Position numbers and translations under genes: made by a program. The notes below the pieces were generated by a model. That model worked only from the letters and a program-made list of their open reading frames with translations. It did no database searches and had not been told where the DNA came from. Source: Clostridiales bacterium (GTDB lineage Bacteria; Bacillota; Clostridia; Christensenellales; Pumilibacteraceae). Taken from it: DNA of 24,000 bases. Below, piece by piece: positions 6,584 to 13,706 of this stretch (the first letter of the stretch is position 1; each line of letters opens with the position of its first letter). The DNA is taken from contig SVHU01000006.1 in assembly GCA_015055625.1 (NCBI GenBank), positions 32,325 to 56,324 on the forward strand, given 5' to 3'.

Positions 6584-7411
6584 TTATTGATTTTCCGCAT
6601 ACGTGTCAGAGTTTTGTGTGCAATCTTCAGCTTTTTTTACGTATTTTATTACTTCATAATCGCTGTGTTTTGTGTTTTCTTGCATAAATTCGTATACTTT
6701 ATTGCGAAGTTGTTTTTTCTTTTCACTTACAGTCAAGTTTTCGTCAGCAAAAATCGGCTCGCTGATATAGACGGTAACGTTTGCTTTACGTAAGAAAGAT
6801 AAAAAGCCTTTGGGTTTTGTGTACGCCGTAAAAAACGCAAAGCAGGGCGCATTGGATTTTGCAGGGTATGAAAAGGATGTGTCGGGGAAATTCCTCACTT
6901 TTGTATAGTATGGCCAAATGTGCGCTTCGGGATAGATTGTTATATTGCGCGTTTTATGCGTTTCGTCCATGGCCTTAATAAAGTTTTTAGCACTTTTTAT
7001 ATTGCCAGGAGTAGGCAAAGCGCCCAGCATTTTTACGATAGTTCTAAGTCCTTTTATCGATACTGTGTCCGGTCCTACCACTATCATGTTTTTTCGGGGC
7101 ATAGAGATGAGGTTGGGGGTAAACGCGTCAATAAATCCAGTGTGGTTACCGTACATATAATACGGTTGTTTTTTGTACGCTTTTACTGCTTTTTTGTTGA
7201 CGAATTTTACTCTTAGTATAACTCTCATAAAAAGCCATACAAGAGGAATGGCGATAACGTAGTATACAATAAATTCGAAAAATCGCCATATCGGATTTTT
7301 GTGTACGTACTTGTAATTTTCGTCAATTTGCTTGGTTTTTATATTGGTTCCGGCAAAGTCGTCGTTGTTTTCGTCATTATAATAAATTACTTTTTGCTTT
7401 TTGTTTTTCAT
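6584..7411 (-). CDS. lysophospholipid/1-acyl-sn-glycerol-3-phosphate acyltransferase family protein (PlsC-like)
   Basis: 275 aa. HX4D acyltransferase motif (NHTGFIDAF) after an N-terminal hydrophobic segment. Confidence 0.75.
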   Translation of the reverse strand: MKNKKQKVIYYNDENNDDFAGTNIKTKQIDENYKYVHKNPIWRFFEFIVYYVIAIPLVWLFMRVILRVKFVNKKAVKAYKKQPYYMYGNHTGFIDAFTPNLISMPRKNMIVVGPDTVSIKGLRTIVKMLGALPTPGNIKSAKNFIKAMDETHKTRNITIYPEAHIWPYYTKVRNFPDTSFSYPAKSNAPCFAFFTAYTKPKGFLSFLRKANVTVYISEPIFADENLTVSEKKKQLRNKVYEFMQENTKHSDYEVIKYVKKAEDCTQNSDTYAENQ

Positions 7412-8537
7412 TATATACTTCCGTTATCATTTCTTCCATTCTTTTCATGCACTCATTCTGGTCGTACACAATAGACTGCTCTAAATATTTTTGCTCATAA
7501 AATTTGCGTTTTTGAGGGTTGTCTATCCAAAAGTCTATCACTCTTGCAAGGTCTTTTGCGTTACGGTTTTTGAATATACAGCTATTGTCTATTGCAAAAC
7601 CTCGCGTAGCAGAGCGTGGGGAGGAAGACACTATCGTAAGCTTTCCGCATGCAATCGCCTCCAGACACGATATTCCCTCCAGCTCCATTTCAGCAGGGTG
7701 AACGTACATATCCGCGTAGTTTAGCACGTCTATAATTTCCGTGCGTGAATAAAACTTGAATAGGGGAGGAACGGGTAGGGAGGAAGCGAGCTTTTTGTAA
7801 TGCTTTTCCTTTACGCCCTGTCCGCCTAAAATTAATTGAATGGACGAGGCGTGTTTTGACAGTTTTACCGCTTTTATCAGAGTGTCTTGTGATTTTTCTC
7901 TTGCGTATCTGCCCGTAGTAAGTATTACGATTTTGTCCTTATACTCTTTAGGCTTTTCGCTTTCGCGCTTTTGAACGTACGAGTGCACGCCGTTAGAGAT
8001 AACGTAGCCGTTGGTCTTTTGTTTTACCGTGCTTTCAAACACGTTGCGAATAAAGTCCGTAGGATAGTGTATGCCGTCTACGTGCTTGTAAAAATGCTTG
8101 TATATAAATTTATATACGCCCTTATTAAGAGGTTTTATACCATTAAGCTTGATGTATGACGTAAAGTTTTCTGCCTGCATGTGAAAGCCTGCAGTTATCG
8201 AAATGCCAAGCTCTTTGCAAATTTTAGTCGCTTTCATTCCCAGTCCAAACGGAAGCATTGCATGGACGTGATCCGCACCCTCTATTGCTTTTCTTACAAC
8301 ATCTTCTTGCGGTTTTGCAATCGTTACGCCTATTTTTCTAATATACGCATCGAGTAGCTTGCCCAAAGAAAGGTTTGGAACAATATAATAATTCTCTTTG
8401 CCCTCTTTGTCTTGGTCTGCACACAAAATACGTACGGTGTGACCGCGACTTTGTAAAAAGCGTATTAAGTTCATAGATGCAATAGTGGTTCCGTTGTTCT
8501 CTTCACCCAAAACGTCGCATACTACGGTTATTATCAT
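7377..8537 (-). CDS. GT4-family glycosyltransferase, probable glycolipid (diacylglycerol glycosyl-) synthase
   Basis: 386 aa. GT-B/GT4 pattern with an EX7E-like motif (AEMELEGISCLEAIACG). AAAGGAGAAAAA SD upstream. The 3' end overlaps the acyltransferase start by 35 nt. Confidence 0.8.
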   Translation of the reverse strand: MIITVVCDVLGEENNGTTIASMNLIRFLQSRGHTVRILCADQDKEGKENYYIVPNLSLGKLLDAYIRKIGVTIAKPQEDVVRKAIEGADHVHAMLPFGLGMKATKICKELGISITAGFHMQAENFTSYIKLNGIKPLNKGVYKFIYKHFYKHVDGIHYPTDFIRNVFESTVKQKTNGYVISNGVHSYVQKRESEKPKEYKDKIVILTTGRYAREKSQDTLIKAVKLSKHASSIQLILGGQGVKEKHYKKLASSLPVPPLFKFYSRTEIIDVLNYADMYVHPAEMELEGISCLEAIACGKLTIVSSSPRSATRGFAIDNSCIFKNRNAKDLARVIDFWIDNPQKRKFYEQKYLEQSIVYDQNECMKRMEEMITEVYNEKQKAKSNLL

Positions 8538-8761
8538 ATTTTTCTCCTTTTAGCAGTGTAGTTTTGTGTTTTTATTGTACCTAACGAGTTTTTAAAAGTC
8601 TACTAAAACAATTATACTATTACCTCTTTTCATTCTACCGCTGTTTTTTATAACTCTACTTTCGGTTTAGTAAACTAAAATCTAGCATACGTATCTTAAT
8701 TATGTGTAAAATTTTCTAAAAAATAACACTAATAGCGTAGTTTTATTATTCAAAAATTCTT

Positions 8762-8799
8762 ATAAAAAAGACGTTACGCATAATATACGCATAACGTCT
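8762..8799 (-). terminator. rho-independent terminator of the XRE gene
   Basis: agacgtta / taacgtct stem (8769-8799), followed on the minus strand by ttttttat. Confidence 0.7.
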
Positions 8800-8825
8800 A
8801 AAAGGTTGTTTATATAAAATTTACA

Positions 8826-9026
8826 TTATTCAATTTCCGAGAAAAATTCGTCGTAGGTCAGGTCAAAAGCCTTTACGAGCGCTATAATATACGAAAGCTT
8901 GGGCTCGTTTACGTCGCGTTCCCAATAATCTATCGCCTTCTGGCTAACACCTATTTCTTTTGCCAGCTGTGCCTGCGTATACCCCTTTTCTCTTCTTAAT
9001 TCTCTTATATAATGTCCTATCTTCAT
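8826..9026 (-). CDS. XRE-family (Cro/CI-type) HTH transcriptional regulator
   Basis: 66 aa. HTH_3 signature (LRREKGYTQAQLAKEIGVSQKAIDYWERDVNEP). There is no SD. A TATAAT (9034-9039, minus strand) ends 7 nt before the ATG, so the mRNA may be leaderless. Confidence 0.85.
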   Translation of the reverse strand: MKIGHYIRELRREKGYTQAQLAKEIGVSQKAIDYWERDVNEPKLSYIIALVKAFDLTYDEFFSEIE

Positions 9027-9038
9027 ATTATATATTAT

Positions 9039-9083
9039 AGAAGAAATCTTCTTATTATGCTTGACAAAGAAGAAATCTTCTTA
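9039..9083. promoter_or_regulatory. two copies of a 16 bp palindrome-containing operator candidate (agaagaaatcttctta)
   Basis: Exact copies at 9039-9054 and 9068-9083, start-to-start spacing 29 bp. Each contains agaag-N4-cttct. Copy 2 fills the spacer of the plus-strand promoter. Copy 1 fills the spacer of the XRE promoter. Confidence 0.6.
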
Positions 9084-9089
9084 TATAAT
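9061..9089 (+). promoter_or_regulatory. perfect-consensus sigma-A promoter, divergent from the XRE gene
   Basis: TTGACA (9061-9066), exactly 17 nt spacer, TATAAT (9084-9089). Confidence 0.7.
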
Positions 9090-9095
9090 AGTAGT

Positions 9096-9314
9096 ACAAT
9101 TTGTTAAAACTGTAATAAATAGCAAAGAATTATTAAAGTTGTAGCAAAATGGTTTTAGCGAAAATATCTAAAAATACTATTCCTAAGACTTTTACAAAAG
9201 ACATTCCTATCCCTTTTAGAGAAGAGCAATCACGCCAAACCCTTGCGCGATAGCTCTTTTCTTTATTATATAATATAAAACACCTACGATTAAAATAAGT
9301 CGTAGGTGTTTTGT
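9096..9314 (+). ncRNA. candidate small transcript (~220 nt) between the consensus promoter and an intrinsic terminator; coding status unclear
   Basis: Bounded by the promoter at 9061-9089 and the hairpin at 9279-9310. The only ORF is 34 codons (9149-9253, MVLAKISKNTIPKTFTKDIPIPFREEQSRQTLAR) and it has no recognisable SD. Confidence 0.3.
9277..9314. terminator. bidirectional rho-independent terminator (ends the long minus-strand operon and the plus-strand small transcript)
   Basis: aacacctacg (9279-9288) / cgtaggtgtt (9301-9310) stem, with an A run before and a T run after. Confidence 0.8.
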
Positions 9315-9365
9315 CGTCTTAAGGATGCTGAAATTTAGCACATACAATATGGAATTGTAAGCAAA

Positions 9366-9896
9366 TTAATAATTGTAGCCTGTTTGCAAAGCTTTGATGT
9401 TTGCCTCTAACAAGCTTGCGCGCTTTGCGGAAACTACGTGTTTCATAGCTTCGGTTGCGCTTTCGAGCGTTACAAGACCTGTTTCCTTGATCATTTTGCC
9501 AAGGATAATCATGTTTGCAAGAGTGGGAGTTCCTAGCTCGTTTGCAAGACGTGTAGCAGGAATGTAGTATGCGTCAACGTCTTTACGAACAACCTCTCTG
9601 GATATAAGAGCGCTGTCTACAAAGATTTTTCCGCCAGCTACCGTTGCGTTTTCGTACTTGTCGAGCGAGGGAAGATTCATTGCTATAAGAATTGTGGGGT
9701 TAGAAACGATGGGCGAGCCAACGGGTTCGTCGCTGATAATAACTCCGCAACTTGCCGTACCACCACGCATTTCAGGGCCGTATGAGGGAAGCCAGCTAAC
9801 CTGCTTGTTTTCCTCAAGACCTTCGTATGCTAAGCATTTTCCAGCAAAGAGAACGCCCTGTCCGCCGAATCCTGCGATAAGAATTTCGTTAGTCAT
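9366..9896 (-). CDS. 2-oxoacid:ferredoxin oxidoreductase, gamma subunit
   Basis: 176 aa. IAGFGGQGVLFAGK motif typical of POR/VOR/KOR gamma subunits. Confidence 0.9.
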   Translation of the reverse strand: MTNEILIAGFGGQGVLFAGKCLAYEGLEENKQVSWLPSYGPEMRGGTASCGVIISDEPVGSPIVSNPTILIAMNLPSLDKYENATVAGGKIFVDSALISREVVRKDVDAYYIPATRLANELGTPTLANMIILGKMIKETGLVTLESATEAMKHVVSAKRASLLEANIKALQTGYNY

Positions 9897-9899
9897 AGC

Positions 9900-10652
9900 T
9901 TAGTCCTCCTTTATTTGTGAACCCTTATCCTTGTACACGCCAAGGGGGTAGTAGGGAATCATATTGGTGTCAACCCACTCCAAAGCCTTAGCGGGAGTCA
10001 TACCCCAGTTTGTAGGACAGGTGGACACGATTTCGATAAGGGAGAATCCCTTACCTTCTACCTGATTTTTAAAAGCCTTCAAGATAGCCTTTTTAGCGTT
10101 TCTAACGTTTTTAACGTTGTTTACCGCAACACGCTCGATGTAGTAGGGAGCGTCGAGAGCGGAAAGCATTTCGCTTACCTTAATGGGATAGCCTGCGGTG
10201 TTCACGTCACGGCCGTAAGGCGAGGTTTGGGTAACCTGACCGGGAAGAGAGGTAGGAGCCATTTGTCCGCCTGTCATTCCGTAGATTGCGTTGTTTACGA
10301 AAATAATAGTGATGTTTTCGTTTCTTGTCGCCGCGTGAACGGTTTCAGCCATACCGATAGAAGCAAGGTCGCCGTCGCCCTGGTAGGTAAAGATAATATT
10401 TTCGGGCATAGCGCGCTTAAGACCGGTAGCAACTGCAGGAGCACGTCCGTGAGCTGCTTCTACCATATCGCAAGCAAAGTAGTCATAAGCCATTACTGCG
10501 CATCCAACGGGAGCAACACCAACAGTCTTACCTTCGATTCCAAGTTCGTCGATAGCCTCGGCTACAAGACGGTGAATAATACCGTGCGTACAACCGGGAC
10601 AGTAATGAAAAGGAGCATCTGTTAATGCCTTGGGTTTTTCAAAAACTTTCAT
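9900..10652 (-). CDS. 2-oxoacid:ferredoxin oxidoreductase, beta (TPP-binding) subunit
   Basis: 250 aa. N-terminal CPGCTHG cysteine motif and a GDGD TPP/Mg motif (YQGDGDLASIG). Confidence 0.9.
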   Translation of the reverse strand: MKVFEKPKALTDAPFHYCPGCTHGIIHRLVAEAIDELGIEGKTVGVAPVGCAVMAYDYFACDMVEAAHGRAPAVATGLKRAMPENIIFTYQGDGDLASIGMAETVHAATRNENITIIFVNNAIYGMTGGQMAPTSLPGQVTQTSPYGRDVNTAGYPIKVSEMLSALDAPYYIERVAVNNVKNVRNAKKAILKAFKNQVEGKGFSLIEIVSTCPTNWGMTPAKALEWVDTNMIPYYPLGVYKDKGSQIKED

Positions 10653-10654
10653 TA

Positions 10655-11716
10655 TTACTTAACCTCCTTTGCCATTTTCTTAATGCTTTCCAAAACCTGT
10701 TCGGGAGAGGGGATCATACCACCTGTGCGGTTGCAAAGAACTACGGGACGAGAACAATCAATAGCAAGTCTTACGTCTTCTATCATTTGTCCCATAGAAA
10801 GCTCTACGCTAATAAAGCCCTTTACGGTTTCGGATGCTTTTTTAAGTACTGCTTTGGGGAAAGGCCAAAGGGTAATAGGACGGATAAGACCAACTTTAAT
10901 ACCCTGTTTTCTAGCCTCTACTACCGCATTTTTAGAAATACGTGAAGCAATACCGAATGAAACTACGCAGTACTCTGCGTCTTCCATCATAAATTCTTCG
11001 TACATAACCTCGTTCTTTTCAATCTCGGCATATCTTTCATAGCGTTCGAAATTGGTTTGCTCGAGCTGTTCGGGGTTGAGGTAAAGCGAATTTACGATAT
11101 TGTGTTTTCTCTCGCCCTTTGTTCCTCTTACTGCCCAAGGCTTTTCAACCTCTTTAACTTCAAGCTCGGGAAGTTCAACGGGCTCCATCATCTGACCGAG
11201 CGTTCCGTCTGCAAGAAGCATTGTAGGAACTCTGTACTTGTCCGAAAGATCGAACGACTTAATAGTAAGGTCAGCCATTTCCTGAACGGATGCGGGTGCT
11301 ACTACGATAAGACGGTAGTCGCCGTGTCCGCCACCCTTTGTTGCTTGGAAATAATCGGACTGAGAGGGTTGTATTCCGCCAAGTCCGGGACCACCACGCT
11401 GTACGTTTACGATAAGAGCGGGAAGGTCTGCGCCTGCTATGTAAGAAATTCCCTCTTGTTTAAGAGAAATTCCAGGGCTGGAAGAAGACGTCATAACTCT
11501 AAAGCCTGCGCCTGCAACGCCGTATACCATGTTAATAGCCGAAACTTCGCTTTCAGCCTGGAGGAAAGTTCCGCCGATTTTGGGCATACGTTTAGCCATA
11601 TAAGCCGCAATTTCCGTTTGGGGAGTGATGGGGTAACCGAAGTAGTGTCTGCAACCTGCTTTGATTGCAGCTTCCGCGATTGCCTCGTTACCTTTCATTA
11701 AAACTTTATTACTCAT
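10655..11716 (-). CDS. 2-oxoacid:ferredoxin oxidoreductase, alpha subunit
   Basis: 353 aa. MKGNEAIAEAAIKAGCRHYFGYPITPQTEI is typical of the OFOR alpha N-terminal domain. Confidence 0.9.
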   Translation of the reverse strand: MSNKVLMKGNEAIAEAAIKAGCRHYFGYPITPQTEIAAYMAKRMPKIGGTFLQAESEVSAINMVYGVAGAGFRVMTSSSSPGISLKQEGISYIAGADLPALIVNVQRGGPGLGGIQPSQSDYFQATKGGGHGDYRLIVVAPASVQEMADLTIKSFDLSDKYRVPTMLLADGTLGQMMEPVELPELEVKEVEKPWAVRGTKGERKHNIVNSLYLNPEQLEQTNFERYERYAEIEKNEVMYEEFMMEDAEYCVVSFGIASRISKNAVVEARKQGIKVGLIRPITLWPFPKAVLKKASETVKGFISVELSMGQMIEDVRLAIDCSRPVVLCNRTGGMIPSPEQVLESIKKMAKEVK

Positions 11717-11724
11717 AATTCACC

Positions 11725-11931
11725 TCACTTTTCGACAGTAATTACACAGTCGGGGCACATTGTAGCGCAGAACGCGCATCCAATGCACTTTTCCTGATCG
11801 GTAATTTCCGCCGGAGAATGACCTTTTGCGTTAATTCTGTCTTTTGCGATAGCCAGAATTTTTTTGGGGCATGCGTCTATACAAAGTCCGCATCCCTTGC
11901 AAAGATTGTCGTTAAAAGTTACCTTTGCCAT
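11725..11931 (-). CDS. 2-oxoacid:ferredoxin oxidoreductase, delta subunit (2x[4Fe-4S] ferredoxin)
   Basis: Two CxxCxxCxxxCP motifs (CKGCGLCIDACP, CIGCAFCATMCP). Start moved from the track's 11955 to the ATG at 11931 (MAKVTF), which has AAGGAG 9 nt upstream. Confidence 0.85.
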   Translation of the reverse strand: MAKVTFNDNLCKGCGLCIDACPKKILAIAKDRINAKGHSPAEITDQEKCIGCAFCATMCPDCVITVEK

Positions 11932-11935
11932 ACTT

Positions 11936-12607
11936 TTATATCTCCTTAATATCAAAATATTTTTTTTGTAACGTCATAGCGAACGTGTTGTCCGCGTTAA
12001 GATTTTTGCTCACCTCTTGCGTACAAGAAGTAAACAGCAACGGAAGTCCTGTTTTTTCGCAAAGCTCTTTAGCTTTATTAAACGTGCTCTCAACGTCTTT
12101 TGCCGTGGTAAGGTTGCCAAGGTTAGAGTTGTTTACAACGCTTGTAAACTTGATTTTGCACGCGTCCTCTATCTCGCGCATAACCTCGATAGCAGAGTCT
12201 GCGTCGGGAGTTAAGGGACGGAAGAAGTTTGCAACAAATACCATTTCGTAGTTGTTTTCTTCCTTTATAAAGTCTGCGTATCTGCCTAAGGCGTACGCGC
12301 CTCTGTCGTCGCCACCTACATCTAAAACAGCGTAGTAACTCTTGTCCCAAACTAGCGCGTAAAGTTGTTGAGGAAGAGCGGGAAGATCAACGTTAGAATT
12401 TGCAAAAGCAGGGGAAATAAGCTCTATGCCCGCATCGCTTAGCTCTTTAGCGCTATCCTTTGTTCTAAAGTACGGATTGACGATATCCATATCTCCAATT
12501 TTTACAGGATAACCGTTTTGCTTAATACGTATTGCGTAATTTACGGCAATATTGGTTTTACCACTACCGTAATGACCGGCAAATATCGTTATGCGTTTAG
12601 GTTCCAT
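11936..12607 (-). CDS. P-loop NTPase of unknown role (SIMIBI/GPN-loop-like)
   Basis: Walker A motif GHYGSGKT near the N-terminus. The ATG at 12605-12607 overlaps the ilvE stop as TAATG. The track start at 12616 is a TTG. Confidence 0.75.
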   Translation of the reverse strand: MEPKRITIFAGHYGSGKTNIAVNYAIRIKQNGYPVKIGDMDIVNPYFRTKDSAKELSDAGIELISPAFANSNVDLPALPQQLYALVWDKSYYAVLDVGGDDRGAYALGRYADFIKEENNYEMVFVANFFRPLTPDADSAIEVMREIEDACKIKFTSVVNNSNLGNLTTAKDVESTFNKAKELCEKTGLPLLFTSCTQEVSKNLNADNTFAMTLQKKYFDIKEI

Positions 12608-13683
12608 TATTTGCAAACCTTTACGCTCCAGCCCTTATTCTCTTCGATCTTGCCCCACTGAATACCGGTAAGGTTGTCGTAGAGTTTTTGAGTAAGAGGT
12701 CCAATTTCGTTATTGGAAACAGTGTAGTCTTTTCCGTTGTAGAAAAGATGTCCGATGGGCGAAACAACCGCTGCAGTTCCTGTTCCCCAAGCTTCTTCCA
12801 ACGTTCCTTTTTCACAAGCTTCAAATAACTCGTCGATAGAGAAAAGTCTTTCTTCAACTTCGTATCCCCAATCCTTTAGTAGCTCGATGCAAGACTTTCT
12901 GGTAATACCGGGAAGAATAGATCCGCTAAGCATAGGAGTTACTATTTTGCCGTTTATCTTGAACATAACGTTCATAGCGCCAACTTCTTCGATGTACTTT
13001 CTTTCCACACCGTCAAGCCACAAAACCTGAGCATAGCCCTTTTCTTCAGCGCGCTGACCTGCTCTCATGCTTGCAGCGTAGTTACCACCGCACTTAGCAT
13101 ATCCAGTTCCGCCTCTAACTGCTCTTACGTCCTCGCTCTCGATAGCGATTTTAACGGGCTTAAGACCAGAAGCGTAGTAAGCGCCTACGGGTGAGCAAAT
13201 AATAACGAACATTGCGTTGTGTACTGCGTGTACGCCAAGATGGGGATCGTCACCGTAAATAAAGGGACGAATGTAAAGCGAAGTACCCTCGTTGTGGGGA
13301 ACCCAATCTTTTTCGAGCTCTACAAGCTTGTTAATGATGTCCAAAGCGCCCTCTTCATCAAGAAGGGGAAGACAAATTCTCTCCGCGCTCTGGTTAAGAC
13401 GCTTAACGTTCTCCATGGGACGGAAAAGTCTGATAGATCCGTCGACAGCTCTATAAGCTTTCATACCCTCGAAGATTTCCGCTCCGTAGTGGAAAACCGT
13501 GGAAGCAGGATGTGTTGGGATAGGTCCGAACGGAACGATTCTTCCGTCGTGCCAACCCTTATCCGAAGAATATTCCATAATGAACATGTGATCGGTAAAA
13601 ATTCTTCCAAATCCAAGCTTGCTCTCGTCAGCAGGCTTTGGCTGGGGATTAGTTGTTTTAGTAATAGTGATATCGTATTTCAT
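12607..13683 (-). CDS. ilvE: branched-chain amino acid aminotransferase (class IV, long form)
   Basis: 358 aa. FGRIFTDHMF, EGMKAYR and GTGTAAVVSPI motifs. GGAGG SD upstream. Confidence 0.9.
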   Translation of the reverse strand: MKYDITITKTTNPQPKPADESKLGFGRIFTDHMFIMEYSSDKGWHDGRIVPFGPIPTHPASTVFHYGAEIFEGMKAYRAVDGSIRLFRPMENVKRLNQSAERICLPLLDEEGALDIINKLVELEKDWVPHNEGTSLYIRPFIYGDDPHLGVHAVHNAMFVIICSPVGAYYASGLKPVKIAIESEDVRAVRGGTGYAKCGGNYAASMRAGQRAEEKGYAQVLWLDGVERKYIEEVGAMNVMFKINGKIVTPMLSGSILPGITRKSCIELLKDWGYEVEERLFSIDELFEACEKGTLEEAWGTGTAAVVSPIGHLFYNGKDYTVSNNEIGPLTQKLYDNLTGIQWGKIEENKGWSVKVCK

Positions 13684-13706
13684 AATTTGTTACCTCCTGT
13701 AAAAAA

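Noticed and set aside
9149-9253. 34-codon ORF downstream of the consensus promoter, considered as a real micropeptide gene
   Set aside because: It has no SD within 15 nt of the ATG, and the peptide has a hydrophilic, unremarkable composition with no signal or TM segment. It is kept only as a possibility inside the candidate small-transcript feature.
9366-11931. Assigning the four-subunit OFOR specifically as VOR (or KOR/POR) from sequence alone
   Set aside because: The subunit motifs identify the OFOR family but not the 2-oxoacid specificity. The VOR reading rests only on the ilvE/T-box context, so the features are called generically.
11932-11955. Longer starts offered by the ORF track for the OFOR delta subunit (11955), the XRE-like gene (19320), the SMP-30-family gene (19410, TTG) and the P-loop NTPase (12616, TTG)
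   Set aside because: In each case a downstream ATG has a well-spaced SD, and the upstream extension has none or overlaps the preceding gene or operator.
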